Shown here in pieces: positions 28,224-38,532 of a stretch of DNA of 64,000 nt. Each line of letters begins with the position of its first letter. The first letter of the stretch is position 1. The DNA comes from a virus. Under the pieces are notes generated by a model. That model saw only the letters and a list, made by a program, of their open reading frames with translations, searched no databases and was not told where the DNA came from. The stretch spans positions 1-64,000 of the IMG/VR virus record IMGVR_UViG_3300036766_000670, one strand, 5' to 3'. A program made the translations under genes and the position numbers.

Positions 28224-29573
28224 ATGATTGAGACAGAATCAGACTTAAACCGATTCAAGCTGGAAAATCTTGAATGTGAATGGATTGTACATATAATTCC
28301 TGTTGAGGAAGGTGTACATCCTGTGATCAATAAACCGTGCATTCTTTTTATCCGAAATACTTCTACTGGAAAAACTTACTACTATTCATTTAATCATCCC
28401 GATTCTATTTCTCAGGTGACAGATTCTTATTTTATTAAAGAATGTCTCCTGAATATGGATGATGTGAAGTGGGTGCTTGATATGAAGTCATTTTCTCAGA
28501 TACTCCGCCTTTCAAACATGTTCGATATTAATCTCTGTAATTTTTTTAAGCACGGTGAAACTATAGATTTTATGGAGTTTGAAACGCCTGCTCATAATCT
28601 TGTTCGTAGAAATTGTGGTAGTATCAAACAAATCAATAAAGCAATTTCTTTGATGAAACATAAAGAAGCTTTTGATGATATGTGTGAATATGTTGAAAAG
28701 TTGATTGAAGGATTCCCGGCAAATGACTCATTTATAAAGGTTAATGATATTATCATTGGAACTCTTAGGGATATTGAATCAAATGGTATCCATGTTGATC
28801 GAAAGAAATTCATTCAATATTTTAAGGTTGACCCCGGTCCTTCTGAAATGGTTTATAGTCAGTACAATATCTATACAGCTACAGGAAGGCCAAGTAATCA
28901 CTTTGGCGGGGTGAATTATGCTGCACTGAATCATACTGATGGTTCCCGTTCCGCCTTTGTTTCAAGATATGGCAAAGATGGTAGAATGGTCGTGGTAGAT
29001 TATACGACATTTCATCCTCGTATTGTTTCTAAACTGACAAACTATGATATTCCCATAGAAATTGATATTTACGAGTATCTCGCCAAGTTATATTTTCAGA
29101 AAAAAGAAGTTGATGAGACGGATATAAAAAACGCCAAACAACTCACGTTCAGGCAATTCTATGGCGGTGTTGAAAAAGAATATGAACACATTAAATATCT
29201 TGCCAACCTGAAATCTTATATTGATAAACAATGGAAATTTTTCCAAGAAAAAGGGTATGTCTTGACTCCATTTTTCAAGAGGGCAATTTCTCATATTCCC
29301 GACCCCAATCCTCCCAAAGTGTTTAATTATATCCTTCAAGCTGCCGAAGGTGAAATTGCTATACCAAGAATTCAAACAGTATTGAGATATTTGGAAGGTA
29401 AGAAAACCAAGATAATACTTTATACTTATGATGCAGTACTGCTTGATTTTCACAGGGATGATGGATTTCCGGTTTTGAATACAATTCGTCAAATAATGAG
29501 TTTCAATAATGTCTTTCCAGTGAAAACTTACCTTGGGAATTCATATCACGATGTAAAACTTATCGATATCTAA
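28224..29573 (+). CDS. Short, divergent family A DNA polymerase
   Basis: IESNGI.VD, TATGRPS, motif A DYTTFHPR, motif B AKQLTFRQFYG, NYILQA, motif C YTYDAV. Confidence 0.8.
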   Translation: MIETESDLNRFKLENLECEWIVHIIPVEEGVHPVINKPCILFIRNTSTGKTYYYSFNHPDSISQVTDSYFIKECLLNMDDVKWVLDMKSFSQILRLSNMFDINLCNFFKHGETIDFMEFETPAHNLVRRNCGSIKQINKAISLMKHKEAFDDMCEYVEKLIEGFPANDSFIKVNDIIIGTLRDIESNGIHVDRKKFIQYFKVDPGPSEMVYSQYNIYTATGRPSNHFGGVNYAALNHTDGSRSAFVSRYGKDGRMVVVDYTTFHPRIVSKLTNYDIPIEIDIYEYLAKLYFQKKEVDETDIKNAKQLTFRQFYGGVEKEYEHIKYLANLKSYIDKQWKFFQEKGYVLTPFFKRAISHIPDPNPPKVFNYILQAAEGEIAIPRIQTVLRYLEGKKTKIILYTYDAVLLDFHRDDGFPVLNTIRQIMSFNNVFPVKTYLGNSYHDVKLIDI

Positions 29574-29619
29574 AATATTGTGTTTTGATTATCCTTTAGA
29601 TATTTATAATCCAAAGGAT

Positions 29620-30369
29620 ATGAGTAACGTTGTTGACCGAGTATTTGCCGAAGTCTGCCTAGACGAAAGAGTTTCAGACGGCATATTCCAAATGGAAAAT
29701 GAAGAGCATATGAATGCTCTTCGTGACTATTTTGTTAAAAAAGGCATTCCTCAGGAAGCCGCCATCCAGGTGACTAATCGCATGGTTGAAGGCAAGTATC
29801 CAGAACGACAAGCTTATCGAACGGAAGATGGTATTTTAGTAACATGGCCTTCTCCACAACATAAGAAAAGGGCTATGGCTGAACATCCAGGTAAGTATGT
29901 TGAAGAAAACCCATTCCCCAAAAGACCATCGGAAAAAGAGCCTGAGAAAAGGGAACCTATCAGACGTGAACCGCCTCCTAAAGAAGAACCGAAAGATAAA
30001 GATAAAGATGAGGATGATAAATCTTTGCCAAGATCTGGTGGTAGCGTATTTGGTGGTGAAAAAATAACTCAAGGTGATAAAAAACTGGAAATAGAACCGC
30101 CTCGGGGCGAGGAAAAGCCAGAACCACCAGCCTCGGCTCCTCCAGTACCCACTATTGCACCAAGAACTCCAGAAAGAATTGCGGCAGAAAAAGAGGTTGT
30201 AAAGCAAATTCTCGGTACTGATAACAACGCACTCGCAAATATTACTGGCCCGCTGAAAGAAGAAAATAAAGAATTACTGCGTTATCAATTAAACGAATTA
30301 TATAAAAAAGCGGACGCATTGGGGTTTAAGGAAGCTGTCACATTTTTGACTCCTTATGTAAAGCCTTAA
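29620..30369 (+). CDS. Hypothetical Pro/charged protein
   Basis: TATTTATA at 29601 and AAAGGA before the ATG at 29620. Confidence 0.6.
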   Translation: MSNVVDRVFAEVCLDERVSDGIFQMENEEHMNALRDYFVKKGIPQEAAIQVTNRMVEGKYPERQAYRTEDGILVTWPSPQHKKRAMAEHPGKYVEENPFPKRPSEKEPEKREPIRREPPPKEEPKDKDKDEDDKSLPRSGGSVFGGEKITQGDKKLEIEPPRGEEKPEPPASAPPVPTIAPRTPERIAAEKEVVKQILGTDNNALANITGPLKEENKELLRYQLNELYKKADALGFKEAVTFLTPYVKP

Positions 30370-30398
30370 AATTTGTTATACCATTTTGTTTCAAACTT

Positions 30399-30797
30399 AT
30401 GCAAGACCTAGACAACCGCCAATTGCTGTGTACTTTCTCAAACAATAAAGATTTTCAAACAATCGCCGAGGAAATCAAAAAGTTTTATGAAGTATACAGC
30501 AATCGAATTTTCGCATTTTCCAATATTAAGAACCCCAGAGAAGTTTATTTGACTTATAATGTTCTTAATATGAAAAAAGATACCCCCAAGTTTTCAAATA
30601 CCATTCTTATTCATCGTAAAAAACAAACCAATACGCTTTATACTTTAAATGCAATGAATCGTCTTATCGAAGAAGAAAATGGAAAAGCAGACAATACTTA
30701 CATTGTGAATTGGTCACTCTATTCCAACTCTTTAATCATCACGGGGGGCGTTTCAATTCGCATAATTCCTCTGAAAATTTTAAGTATTTTGGACTGA
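30399..30797 (+). CDS. Hypothetical phage protein
   Basis: QLLCTFS, TYNV, TILIHRKKQTNTLYTLNAMN. Confidence 0.6.
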   Translation: MQDLDNRQLLCTFSNNKDFQTIAEEIKKFYEVYSNRIFAFSNIKNPREVYLTYNVLNMKKDTPKFSNTILIHRKKQTNTLYTLNAMNRLIEEENGKADNTYIVNWSLYSNSLIITGGVSIRIIPLKILSILD

Positions 30798-30870
30798 AAA
30801 CAAAAAGTAATAAAAAAAATATTTTTTGTTTTTTTCGTTACTATGTATAGTGGAAGAAAGATTATATATT

Positions 30871-31335
30871 ATGAAAAAAGCAAAAAATGAAAAGCGGGTC
30901 ATCAATATTCCCAAGGGACAATTTGATGAAATTAAGGATTACTGTGATAGAAATTCTTTGGACATGGTAAAGTGGATAGTAAAAAATTCTTTGGAAAAAA
31001 CAACTAAAAAAATTCCAGAGGGTATGCTTACTGTCAAGGAATTGGAAATTATAAGAAAAACTGCTACCTTTAGTTGTCCCGATAACTGGTTGGAAATGGT
31101 ATTGAAGGAGATAGGCAGCAGATTAGTAGATAGTGTCTCGGCAAATTCAAATCAAAGAGAAATTAACTGGGGGCCAGTTATAGACGTTGTAAATACATAT
31201 GGAAGATGGGTACAATTGATTTTAACAGAAGAACAAGTAAAAACTGTTGCGAGAGAGTTGAAATCCCGTGGATTTAATTTATCTGTAAATCCAGACGGAT
31301 ATACAGTTCCGCATAAGTATAAAATAGTTTGGTAA
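30871..31335 (+). CDS. Hypothetical, possible ribbon-helix-helix-like N-terminus
   Basis: VINIPKGQFDEIKDYCDRN; TATGTATA at 30842. Confidence 0.45.
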   Translation: MKKAKNEKRVINIPKGQFDEIKDYCDRNSLDMVKWIVKNSLEKTTKKIPEGMLTVKELEIIRKTATFSCPDNWLEMVLKEIGSRLVDSVSANSNQREINWGPVIDVVNTYGRWVQLILTEEQVKTVARELKSRGFNLSVNPDGYTVPHKYKIVW

Positions 31336-31505
31336 AAAAATTCTTAAAGGTCGACTTAAAATAACACTTTTTTTATCTAAAATAAGTTGCAGAGTGACTT
31401 TTTGTAGTGTAGAATGCTATTTATTGAGGTAATAAAGTTCAAGACTTGATCCACCGATTAACGATTGAATTGATTACCTAGTTAACACTTAACCAATTAA
31501 ATAAT

Positions 31506-32357
31506 ATGGCAATAAATGTACAAAAACTCGCCGCCCGACTTAAGGAATTTGAGGATGGGCAGAAAGCTTCCGAATTCGCAAAACTTCTATGGAAACCCAA
31601 AGAAGGTATGCAAACAGTCAGGATTGTTCCTTACAAATTCAATCCGGATTCACCTTTTGTAGAACTTAAATTTTATTACAATTTAGGTGGAAAACATTAT
31701 CTCGCTCCATGTACCTTTGGCAAGCCAGATCCAATCCTTGAAGTGATTGAAACGTTGCGTGCCAGTGGCAGCAACGAGGAAAAAGAAATCGCCGCAAAGT
31801 TGGCTCCAACTTCTCGCACCTACGCACCAGTCATTGTTCGTAAGGAAGAAGAACTAGGGGTAAGATTTTGGGGCTTTGGTATTCAAGTTTATAAGCAGCT
31901 ATTAAAGCTGATTACAAATCCCAAATATGGTGATATTACTTCTTGGACAGAAGGAAGAGACATTGATGTAGAGTTTCACAAAGTAAGCAATAAAAAGAAT
32001 GTGAAAACTGGTCAATCTTTCCCTGAAACTACCATCATCTGTGATCCTAATATCACTCCTGTAGTCGATCCAACCCGTCATGACTTAATAGAAAAATTGA
32101 AGGATCAAACCGATATCCTCAAGATTTTCCCATTGAAGTCTTATGATGAACTCAAGGAAGCCGTTGATAAATGGCTTCATCCAGAAGAGACCGCCGAAGA
32201 GGTCGAAACAGCCGCCGAATCTGTTGCTTCCGCAGCCGTGTCTGTAACAGAAACACCCGCTGCTGCAACTCTGCCCACAACGACATCGGCCACAGTACCA
32301 GCAGGAGAAGCTCTTGCCAATGAATTTGACAAATTCTTTGAAACTACTAAACAATAA
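31506..32357 (+). CDS. Single-stranded DNA-binding protein (T4 gp32-like)
   Basis: WKPKEG..TVRIVP, PF.EL.FYY, GVRFWGFG..VY, YGDIT...GRD, acidic tail EFDKFF. Confidence 0.85.
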   Translation: MAINVQKLAARLKEFEDGQKASEFAKLLWKPKEGMQTVRIVPYKFNPDSPFVELKFYYNLGGKHYLAPCTFGKPDPILEVIETLRASGSNEEKEIAAKLAPTSRTYAPVIVRKEEELGVRFWGFGIQVYKQLLKLITNPKYGDITSWTEGRDIDVEFHKVSNKKNVKTGQSFPETTIICDPNITPVVDPTRHDLIEKLKDQTDILKIFPLKSYDELKEAVDKWLHPEETAEEVETAAESVASAAVSVTETPAAATLPTTTSATVPAGEALANEFDKFFETTKQ

Positions 32358-32378
32358 ACTGATAGCGGATAGTTAAAA

Positions 32379-32421
32379 TAACTTGAGGATGGTAGTGTTT
32401 TATATTATCATCCTCAAGTTA
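32379..32421 (+). terminator. Long hairpin between the SSB gene and uvsX
   Basis: TAACTTGAGGATGGTAGTG / TATTATCATCCTCAAGTTA; no clear U-tail. Confidence 0.5.
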
Positions 32422-32447
32422 CATAATTCAGCGGGAAGGATAATTCT

Positions 32448-33626
32448 ATGGCCCCAGCAAAAAAGGTGTCAAGCAAGCATGTTGAGTCAGATGCTAATGT
32501 CGAACGTGATGAATTAGCTCTATTTTTACAGAAAGAACTTAACAAATCTAATAAAGATGGAAGCAAAGTTTCGTATTTTCTGGATGAAAATGATAATCCA
32601 TCACAAATTACAGAATGGGTATCAACTGGATCAACACTATTAGATTTGGCGGTTTCTAATATACCCCACGGAGGGTTGCCTGTCGGTCGAATGGTTGAAT
32701 TAAGTGGCTTGGAGAGCACGGGTAAATCACTCATTTGTGCCCAAATTATTGCGGAGACGCAGCGTCAAGGCGGTCTATCAGTTTTCTTCGACTCAGAGTT
32801 TTCGGTGGATAAAAATTTTTGGGTCGCTCTCGGTATTAATGTCAAAAATGTTAATTATGTTCCATTTACTACTCTCGAAGAGTTTTTTAATAAATTTGAA
32901 TTATGTATTGGAGCATTTCGCAAAAAATGTCCTGATAGACTTCTTACAATTTTAGTTGATTCGGTGACTCAAGCATCCGTTGAAAAAGAAATGGAAAGTG
33001 AACACGGAATTGATGGATATAATACTGGCAGAGCGATTGTTATTAGTAAGGCCATGCGTAAATGCACTGGTCTGATTGCCCGACAAAGAATTCTTCCAGT
33101 ATTTACAAATCAAGTCCGTTATAATATGAATGCTGGCCCATTTGGTGATAAATGGATTGTTCCTGGCGGTAAAGCTTTGCCGTTCGCTTGTTCAATTCGT
33201 ATTCGTTTTGCCAATCTTGGAAAACTTACTAAGAATGATGAAGTTATTGGAATGAAGTGCCAAGCCCAAGTCATCAAAAATCGTTGCGGCCCGTGTTATA
33301 GAACAGCGGCATTTGAAGTTCATTATGATAGCGGTATTCAAGATCTTACAAGTTGGCTTCAATTCATGAAGAAATATGGCATTATCACGGGTGATGGTCA
33401 TGGTTATGAATATAAACTCCCCTCAGGAGAAAAACTTGAATTCAACACTCCAAAGTTTGTTGAACTTATGAATACAGATGCGGCTTTGAAGGAAGAAATC
33501 TATATGGCTATTTGCGATAAATATATTATGCAATATCGTAACCCAAATAGTAAAATTGTTGAGGATGTTGTAGAAACAAACACGGAAAACGATGACATTA
33601 CAAAAAATGCAGTAAAAGAGGAATAA
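32448..33626 (+). CDS. uvsX: RecA/UvsX recombinase
   Basis: STGSTLLD, GGLPVGR, GLESTGKS (Walker A), VDSV, FTNQVR, PGGKALPF, KNR. Confidence 0.93.
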   Translation: MAPAKKVSSKHVESDANVERDELALFLQKELNKSNKDGSKVSYFLDENDNPSQITEWVSTGSTLLDLAVSNIPHGGLPVGRMVELSGLESTGKSLICAQIIAETQRQGGLSVFFDSEFSVDKNFWVALGINVKNVNYVPFTTLEEFFNKFELCIGAFRKKCPDRLLTILVDSVTQASVEKEMESEHGIDGYNTGRAIVISKAMRKCTGLIARQRILPVFTNQVRYNMNAGPFGDKWIVPGGKALPFACSIRIRFANLGKLTKNDEVIGMKCQAQVIKNRCGPCYRTAAFEVHYDSGIQDLTSWLQFMKKYGIITGDGHGYEYKLPSGEKLEFNTPKFVELMNTDAALKEEIYMAICDKYIMQYRNPNSKIVEDVVETNTENDDITKNAVKEE

Positions 33627-33630
33627 AATT

Positions 33631-33813
33631 ATGAAAAGAGTTTACAAACCAAAAGTTTGTATAGACAATGATTACGTTTCATTACCTATTGTAAATACTG
33701 ATAATGCTACAATAAAACTTTGGAATGTTGAAAAAGATAATTTTGTTACTATCACATTCGAAGTCGTTGAAGCACTGTATAAATTAATTCAGAAAAAGAA
33801 AGATAAATTGTGA
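33631..33813 (+). CDS. Hypothetical protein
   Basis: 60-aa ORF coupled to its neighbours. Confidence 0.5.
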   Translation: MKRVYKPKVCIDNDYVSLPIVNTDNATIKLWNVEKDNFVTITFEVVEALYKLIQKKKDKL

Positions 33814-34070
33814 AAAAAGTAAATTTAACACAAATAATTGATGCTCAAATATGGGCCAAAGAATGGCTTAAAATAATCAAAAAGCATCCAAATATTCCGA
33901 CAGACGAAGGTACAATGATTAGTTGGTTTGCCAACGCAATCATGGCGGGGTATGATGAAGCAAATAAAAGATGCAAATGTGATCCATATGCAAAAGAATG
34001 TTGTGATATTTGTACAGGATATACTAACGCAAAAGTACATGGGAAACTAAAAGATAAAGTTGGAGCATGA
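33810..34070 (+). CDS. Hypothetical protein
   Basis: DAQIWAKEW...DEGTMISWFANAIMAGYD; overlapping start/stop codons. Confidence 0.6.
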   Translation: MKKVNLTQIIDAQIWAKEWLKIIKKHPNIPTDEGTMISWFANAIMAGYDEANKRCKCDPYAKECCDICTGYTNAKVHGKLKDKVGA

Positions 34071-35149
34071 ATCTAACGCCTAAAGAAAAATCTAAACTTG
34101 TCAATATTTTCAAGAACCGTGAATCCCAGATCCAGGAGATTCATGATAATTGGAAAAGAACTACCGACTCTGACGTTCTCTTAGTTGATGGTACTAATAC
34201 TTTTATTCGTTGCTGGTCGGCAAATCCGGCAATGGACGAAAATGGAAATCATACGGGTGGTATTGTGGGATTTTTGAAGTCAATTGGTTATGCTATCAAA
34301 CTTCTTGCATCTACACGATGTATTATTGTGTTTGATGGGGTTGGCGGGTCTTTCAAAAGGAGACAACTTTTTCCAGAATATAAAGAACACCGCAAAGGAC
34401 GCATTAGACTCAACCGTTCTTATGAAGAAATGTCTGATGCACCTACAGAAGAAGAAAGTTGCCGAAAGCAATACCAACGAATGGTCAATTATCTGCAAAT
34501 TTTACCAGTAAATCTTCTTTCCATCGATCATGTTGAGGCAGACGATGTTATAGCTTTTCTTGCTACAGAATATTTTAGGGCGTCAAGAAAAGTATATATT
34601 ATGTCGTCTGATAAGGATTTTCTCCAATTATGTACAGGTAATATCAATGTTTACTCACCTACTAAAAAACGTATTTATGGCACCCCTCAAATTCTTGAAG
34701 ATTACCAAATTCACCCCAATAATTTTGTCTTATACCGTGCTTTAGATGGCGATGCTTCTGATAACGTTAATGGTATCGAAGGCGCAGGTCCAAAGACTAT
34801 CGTAAAACATTTCCCGTGGCTCAATGAAGATGTCAAACATACTATTGATGAAGTAATTTCTCATGCAATTAATTTGAGAAACAAGTATAAAGTCTGCGAA
34901 AATATTGCCGAAGGCCGTCTAATTTTGGAAAGAAATATGGCACTTATGCAGTTGAGAGAAACCGCCCTTACGACCGCTGCACAACTTCATTGTATTGGGT
35001 GTCTGGATACCAAGAAAATACCCAAACTTGATAGGAATGCGTTTTACAAACTGGTTCGGGATGATTTATTGGAAAATGTTCTTCCCAATCATGTGACTTG
35101 GGTAAGTGAAGTTTTTGATCCATTAGATAGAGTAACCAGAAGTGAATAA
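34067..35149 (+). CDS. 5'-3' exonuclease / flap endonuclease (T4 RNase H-like)
   Basis: VDGTN, VFDG, YKEHR, EADDVI, SSDKDF.QL, GDASDNV.GI.G.G.KT. Confidence 0.93.
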   Translation: MNLTPKEKSKLVNIFKNRESQIQEIHDNWKRTTDSDVLLVDGTNTFIRCWSANPAMDENGNHTGGIVGFLKSIGYAIKLLASTRCIIVFDGVGGSFKRRQLFPEYKEHRKGRIRLNRSYEEMSDAPTEEESCRKQYQRMVNYLQILPVNLLSIDHVEADDVIAFLATEYFRASRKVYIMSSDKDFLQLCTGNINVYSPTKKRIYGTPQILEDYQIHPNNFVLYRALDGDASDNVNGIEGAGPKTIVKHFPWLNEDVKHTIDEVISHAINLRNKYKVCENIAEGRLILERNMALMQLRETALTTAAQLHCIGCLDTKKIPKLDRNAFYKLVRDDLLENVLPNHVTWVSEVFDPLDRVTRSE

Positions 35150-35196
35150 AATGAACTCAAAAAATCGAAGAATAGAAAATAGATTGAAGAGACATA

Positions 35197-35571
35197 TTGA
35201 TAAATGACGATTGGAAGAAGAATATGAGAGGATTATTGAAAGAAACAGAAATAAGGACATGCTCTCACAACGAGAGGAGAGGATGCGTCGTTTCATACGA
35301 GACGATTTATGAGAAAAAGTTGGAAGTAGATAGTAAGATCCTGTTACCAACAGTAGTTGGTCGTTTTGTTTTTACGGTAATAAAAATAGAAGGCGACATG
35401 GCAACACTTGAATCTGGTTCTGAAATGGCCCGAATGGAGAGGATCGGGAAGAACCGATGGAGGTACAACAATATCACTATGAATAAAAATATGAAAGTTA
35501 GAGTAACCGTAGTAGATGAACTACCACCAAAACCGGCGACGAATATAGGGTTTTCAAAGACGTATAAATAA
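35197..35571 (+). CDS. Hypothetical protein (start uncertain)
   Basis: The 3' part looks coding; the 5' part overlaps an alternative frame. Confidence 0.4.
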   Translation: MINDDWKKNMRGLLKETEIRTCSHNERRGCVVSYETIYEKKLEVDSKILLPTVVGRFVFTVIKIEGDMATLESGSEMARMERIGKNRWRYNNITMNKNMKVRVTVVDELPPKPATNIGFSKTYK

Positions 35572-35582
35572 AGAATTATATT

Positions 35583-36407
35583 ATGAAAATTAGATCATAT
35601 TTGATAAATGAAAATAAGTTTGGGAAGAGTGTTGTTGGTTCAGCATTTTGGGATGCCCGATGGTTTTTATATTTTGGATATAAAAGAACTCTCAATGTGG
35701 AGTGGCAACTATTTCATCGAGCCAGAAGTCATTTTTCATGTACAACAGAACTGGGACATGGAGATGGAGATGATGGATTGATGTTGCATATGGCAATCCC
35801 GTGGATTTTTTCAGTATTCATATCTTTTGACGGAATATTTGGAACGCTATTTCATCATCCAAATGAGCCTCGGGAGGTCGGCATTTCTATATTTGATGGG
35901 GCAATATGGTTTTATCCATTTTCCAAAGTCAATTCGTGGAATAGTAAAGATCCGTGGTATTCTCAATCTCATTGTTTTCGCCTAATAGAGTTTTTGTTTG
36001 GTAGATGGAAATATACAGAAGAAAATGTCGATCCTTGGAAACCCATCGTAGTTGCTATGCCCGAAGGGAAATATAAAGGAAAGTTACGATTATATGATGG
36101 AGTATGGAAAAATCGTATTAGAACAAAACGCATTCGCCGTGGAGAAATAGAAATGGAAGAAGGTATTCCGGTTCCTGGAAAAGGAGAAAATTCATGGGAT
36201 TGTGGCGAAGATGCCTTCCACGGAACAACTTGTCCTGCCATTACTCCAGAAGAAGCGATCTGCTCTTTAATCGAAGGTGTTATGCGTGACAGAAGAAAAT
36301 ATGGAAATTACAATAGCATGTTTGATTATGTTCCAGAGCAAAAGCATGTTAGATATAAGGAAATTCCTAATGGCAAAAATTATAAAGCATCTGTAGAAAG
36401 TAGTTAA
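35583..36407 (+). CDS. Hypothetical phage protein
   Basis: 274-aa ORF with GIPVPGKGENSWDCGEDA. Confidence 0.65.
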   Translation: MKIRSYLINENKFGKSVVGSAFWDARWFLYFGYKRTLNVEWQLFHRARSHFSCTTELGHGDGDDGLMLHMAIPWIFSVFISFDGIFGTLFHHPNEPREVGISIFDGAIWFYPFSKVNSWNSKDPWYSQSHCFRLIEFLFGRWKYTEENVDPWKPIVVAMPEGKYKGKLRLYDGVWKNRIRTKRIRRGEIEMEEGIPVPGKGENSWDCGEDAFHGTTCPAITPEEAICSLIEGVMRDRRKYGNYNSMFDYVPEQKHVRYKEIPNGKNYKASVESS

Positions 36408-36420
36408 AAGTGGATATTTT

Positions 36421-37218
36421 ATGACTACTATTGATATAAGACATGGAGATTTCTTGGTGAGAGAAAAAGATATACTTGATAATTCGATAGACCTTATTGT
36501 AACAAGTCCTCCTTATAATGCGAAACAATTTTATACAAACTATAATGATAACCAGGAATTCACAATGTATTATGCTTGGTTAAAGGCGGTATGCAAGGGA
36601 ATGTATAGAATAATCAAACCAAATTCAAGTATTTTCATAAATATCTGTGACATAGGAATATCTAATGGTGAAGCAAGCGGAATTCATAAGATTGGCAACC
36701 GAGGAAATTTTTATGTGGAGCCGACACATATTGTGATTATTGGAGAGATGATATCGCTCGGTGCTCAATATTTACATCCGATTTTTTGGAAGAAACCGAG
36801 CAATCATAATAGTCAGTTTGGAGCAAATGCTCGTTTTTGTGGAACATATCCATATCCTAAAAATTGCCATGTTCCATCAGAAATAGAATACATTCTTCAT
36901 TTTAGGAAAAATGGCATTTACAAAAAAGTGGATAGAGATAAGAAATTGAAGTCTAAAGTTTCAAAAGAGAGATGGTTACAATTATCATCTCAAGTGTGGG
37001 AATTCAATGGGGTTCAGAGAAAAGATCACCCGGCACCATTTCCATTAGAACTTCCTCTTCGATGTATTGAGGGATGGTCTTTTATAGAAGATTTGGTGCT
37101 TGATCCATTTGTGGGAATAGGAACTACAGCATTGGCTTGCAAGAAACTTAACAGAAACTTTATCGGATTTGACATCTCTGATGAGTACTGTCGTATCGCT
37201 CGGCAAAGTATAGAATAA
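36421..37218 (+). CDS. DNA methyltransferase, N4C/N6A beta class
   Basis: IVTSPPYN, HPAPFP.ELP, VLDPFVGIGTT, FIGFD. Confidence 0.92.
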   Translation: MTTIDIRHGDFLVREKDILDNSIDLIVTSPPYNAKQFYTNYNDNQEFTMYYAWLKAVCKGMYRIIKPNSSIFINICDIGISNGEASGIHKIGNRGNFYVEPTHIVIIGEMISLGAQYLHPIFWKKPSNHNSQFGANARFCGTYPYPKNCHVPSEIEYILHFRKNGIYKKVDRDKKLKSKVSKERWLQLSSQVWEFNGVQRKDHPAPFPLELPLRCIEGWSFIEDLVLDPFVGIGTTALACKKLNRNFIGFDISDEYCRIARQSIE

Positions 37219-37235
37219 ATTAGCTATCAAATAGT

Positions 37236-37279
37236 AAAGTTCCTTGCCAGAATTTATGATGCTACCGGCAAGGAACTTT
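37236..37279. terminator. Hairpin between convergent genes
   Basis: AAAGTTCCTTGCC / GGCAAGGAACTTT, a 13-bp inverted repeat. Confidence 0.65.
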
Positions 37280-37298
37280 CTGTAATTTCTAAGAAATA

Positions 37299-38327
37299 CT
37301 AACTTTTCCACCCTCTTGGGGGAATTGCGTATTTGCTATCTTTGAATGGTTCGGGAAAACTGACTTGTTTTTCATTTCCCATTGGAACACCCATTTCAAT
37401 CAAAGATTGTCGACTGGCATAATAGATATTTGTAGTAAATGTAAGTATGCCTTTTTCGAATTCAACTTCAATAACTCTACTCTCCTTTGCTTCACCAAAG
37501 CGGGTTCCCATGTCGAATCCCCTGGGTTCAACAGTGGAGCAGAAGTTAACGGTAACAGGAGTTGCCGAAGTCTGTTCGATGCATCCAAGGGTTTGACTAC
37601 TATTGAGGGATTGACCTTTAACAGCACTAGTTCCGGTAGAGGACAATTTATTGAAACTTGTTGCATTACGAGAACGAAGAGGAGCACTTACGCCCCCTCT
37701 TGCTCCGATTTTGCTAGAATGATAATTATTTGTTCTACTATCGGCAAGAGAATTCATTGTGTATGTATCGGAACTTCCCATTCCAGCGGTTCCACTATAA
37801 GTATTACTACACCAAATAGTCGGAGGAGGAGTGTATGAAGTAGTCCAAGGAGACTTCCAGGGCCAATATGGACGATCCCACCAATAATCCCAATCATTGT
37901 AACGATTGTGGTGATGATGATGTTCTTCTCTAATTATAATCGGTTGTGGTTTTTCCTTTTCTTGAAAAATACGAACGCCGATTACCCCGACATTTCTCTC
38001 AGAGCCATCCTCTTTGGAGGCGGCATAAGAGCGATTTTTGTAATCAAAAACGAATTTAGCAACAGTTTCATTGGAAACACGAAACCCATCGAGCTTCAAC
38101 GAACCATATCCGTTTATGACGTACCCATTTCCGTTTTCTGTTGCTGCTTTTCCGTTGAGGGCATCCAATCCATCAACAGATGTAACGGCAAGAATACGTT
38201 GCCAGGTGTTGTTTTTGATTTCGATACTGTACTCAGAGCCATGTTTGGCTTCTACGAACAGTTGACCATTGTGATTATATTGACGGCAACGATTGCCGTT
38301 GACAAGTATATTAACTTCGTAAGACAT
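37299..38327 (-). CDS. Hypothetical protein
   Basis: 342 aa with SVDGLD, GFR, GVIGVRIFQE, MGTRFG; GAAAGGA RBS and TTGACA-17-TATATA promoter (38431-38403). Confidence 0.75.
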   Translation of the reverse strand: MSYEVNILVNGNRCRQYNHNGQLFVEAKHGSEYSIEIKNNTWQRILAVTSVDGLDALNGKAATENGNGYVINGYGSLKLDGFRVSNETVAKFVFDYKNRSYAASKEDGSERNVGVIGVRIFQEKEKPQPIIIREEHHHHHNRYNDWDYWWDRPYWPWKSPWTTSYTPPPTIWCSNTYSGTAGMGSSDTYTMNSLADSRTNNYHSSKIGARGGVSAPLRSRNATSFNKLSSTGTSAVKGQSLNSSQTLGCIEQTSATPVTVNFCSTVEPRGFDMGTRFGEAKESRVIEVEFEKGILTFTTNIYYASRQSLIEMGVPMGNEKQVSFPEPFKDSKYAIPPRGWKS

Positions 38328-38532
38328 ACGATTTTCCTTTCTTTAGTTGAGGTTCTAAAGCTTTGGCCGCTCATACTGCGGATTTCAGCTTTGTTACGCC
38401 AATATATAACAGACCACAACGAAAATGTCAAGCTTTTTCCGGATAAAAATAACCAATCTTGAAAGTTACGATTTATTATAAGTTTACATTGGGATGATAG
38501 TCGGGTAGAATGCAAGACACAATAAAAGAAGT

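Noticed and set aside
31336-31505. tRNA or replication origin in intergenic gaps
   Set aside because: No cloverleaf/T-loop consensus or iterons were seen; the gap is explained by promoters and the SSB leader.
35151-35312. Charged 53-codon frame interrupted by TGA at 35205 (possible readthrough)
   Set aside because: A single instance with no recognisable homology; a nonsense mutation or chance is equally likely.
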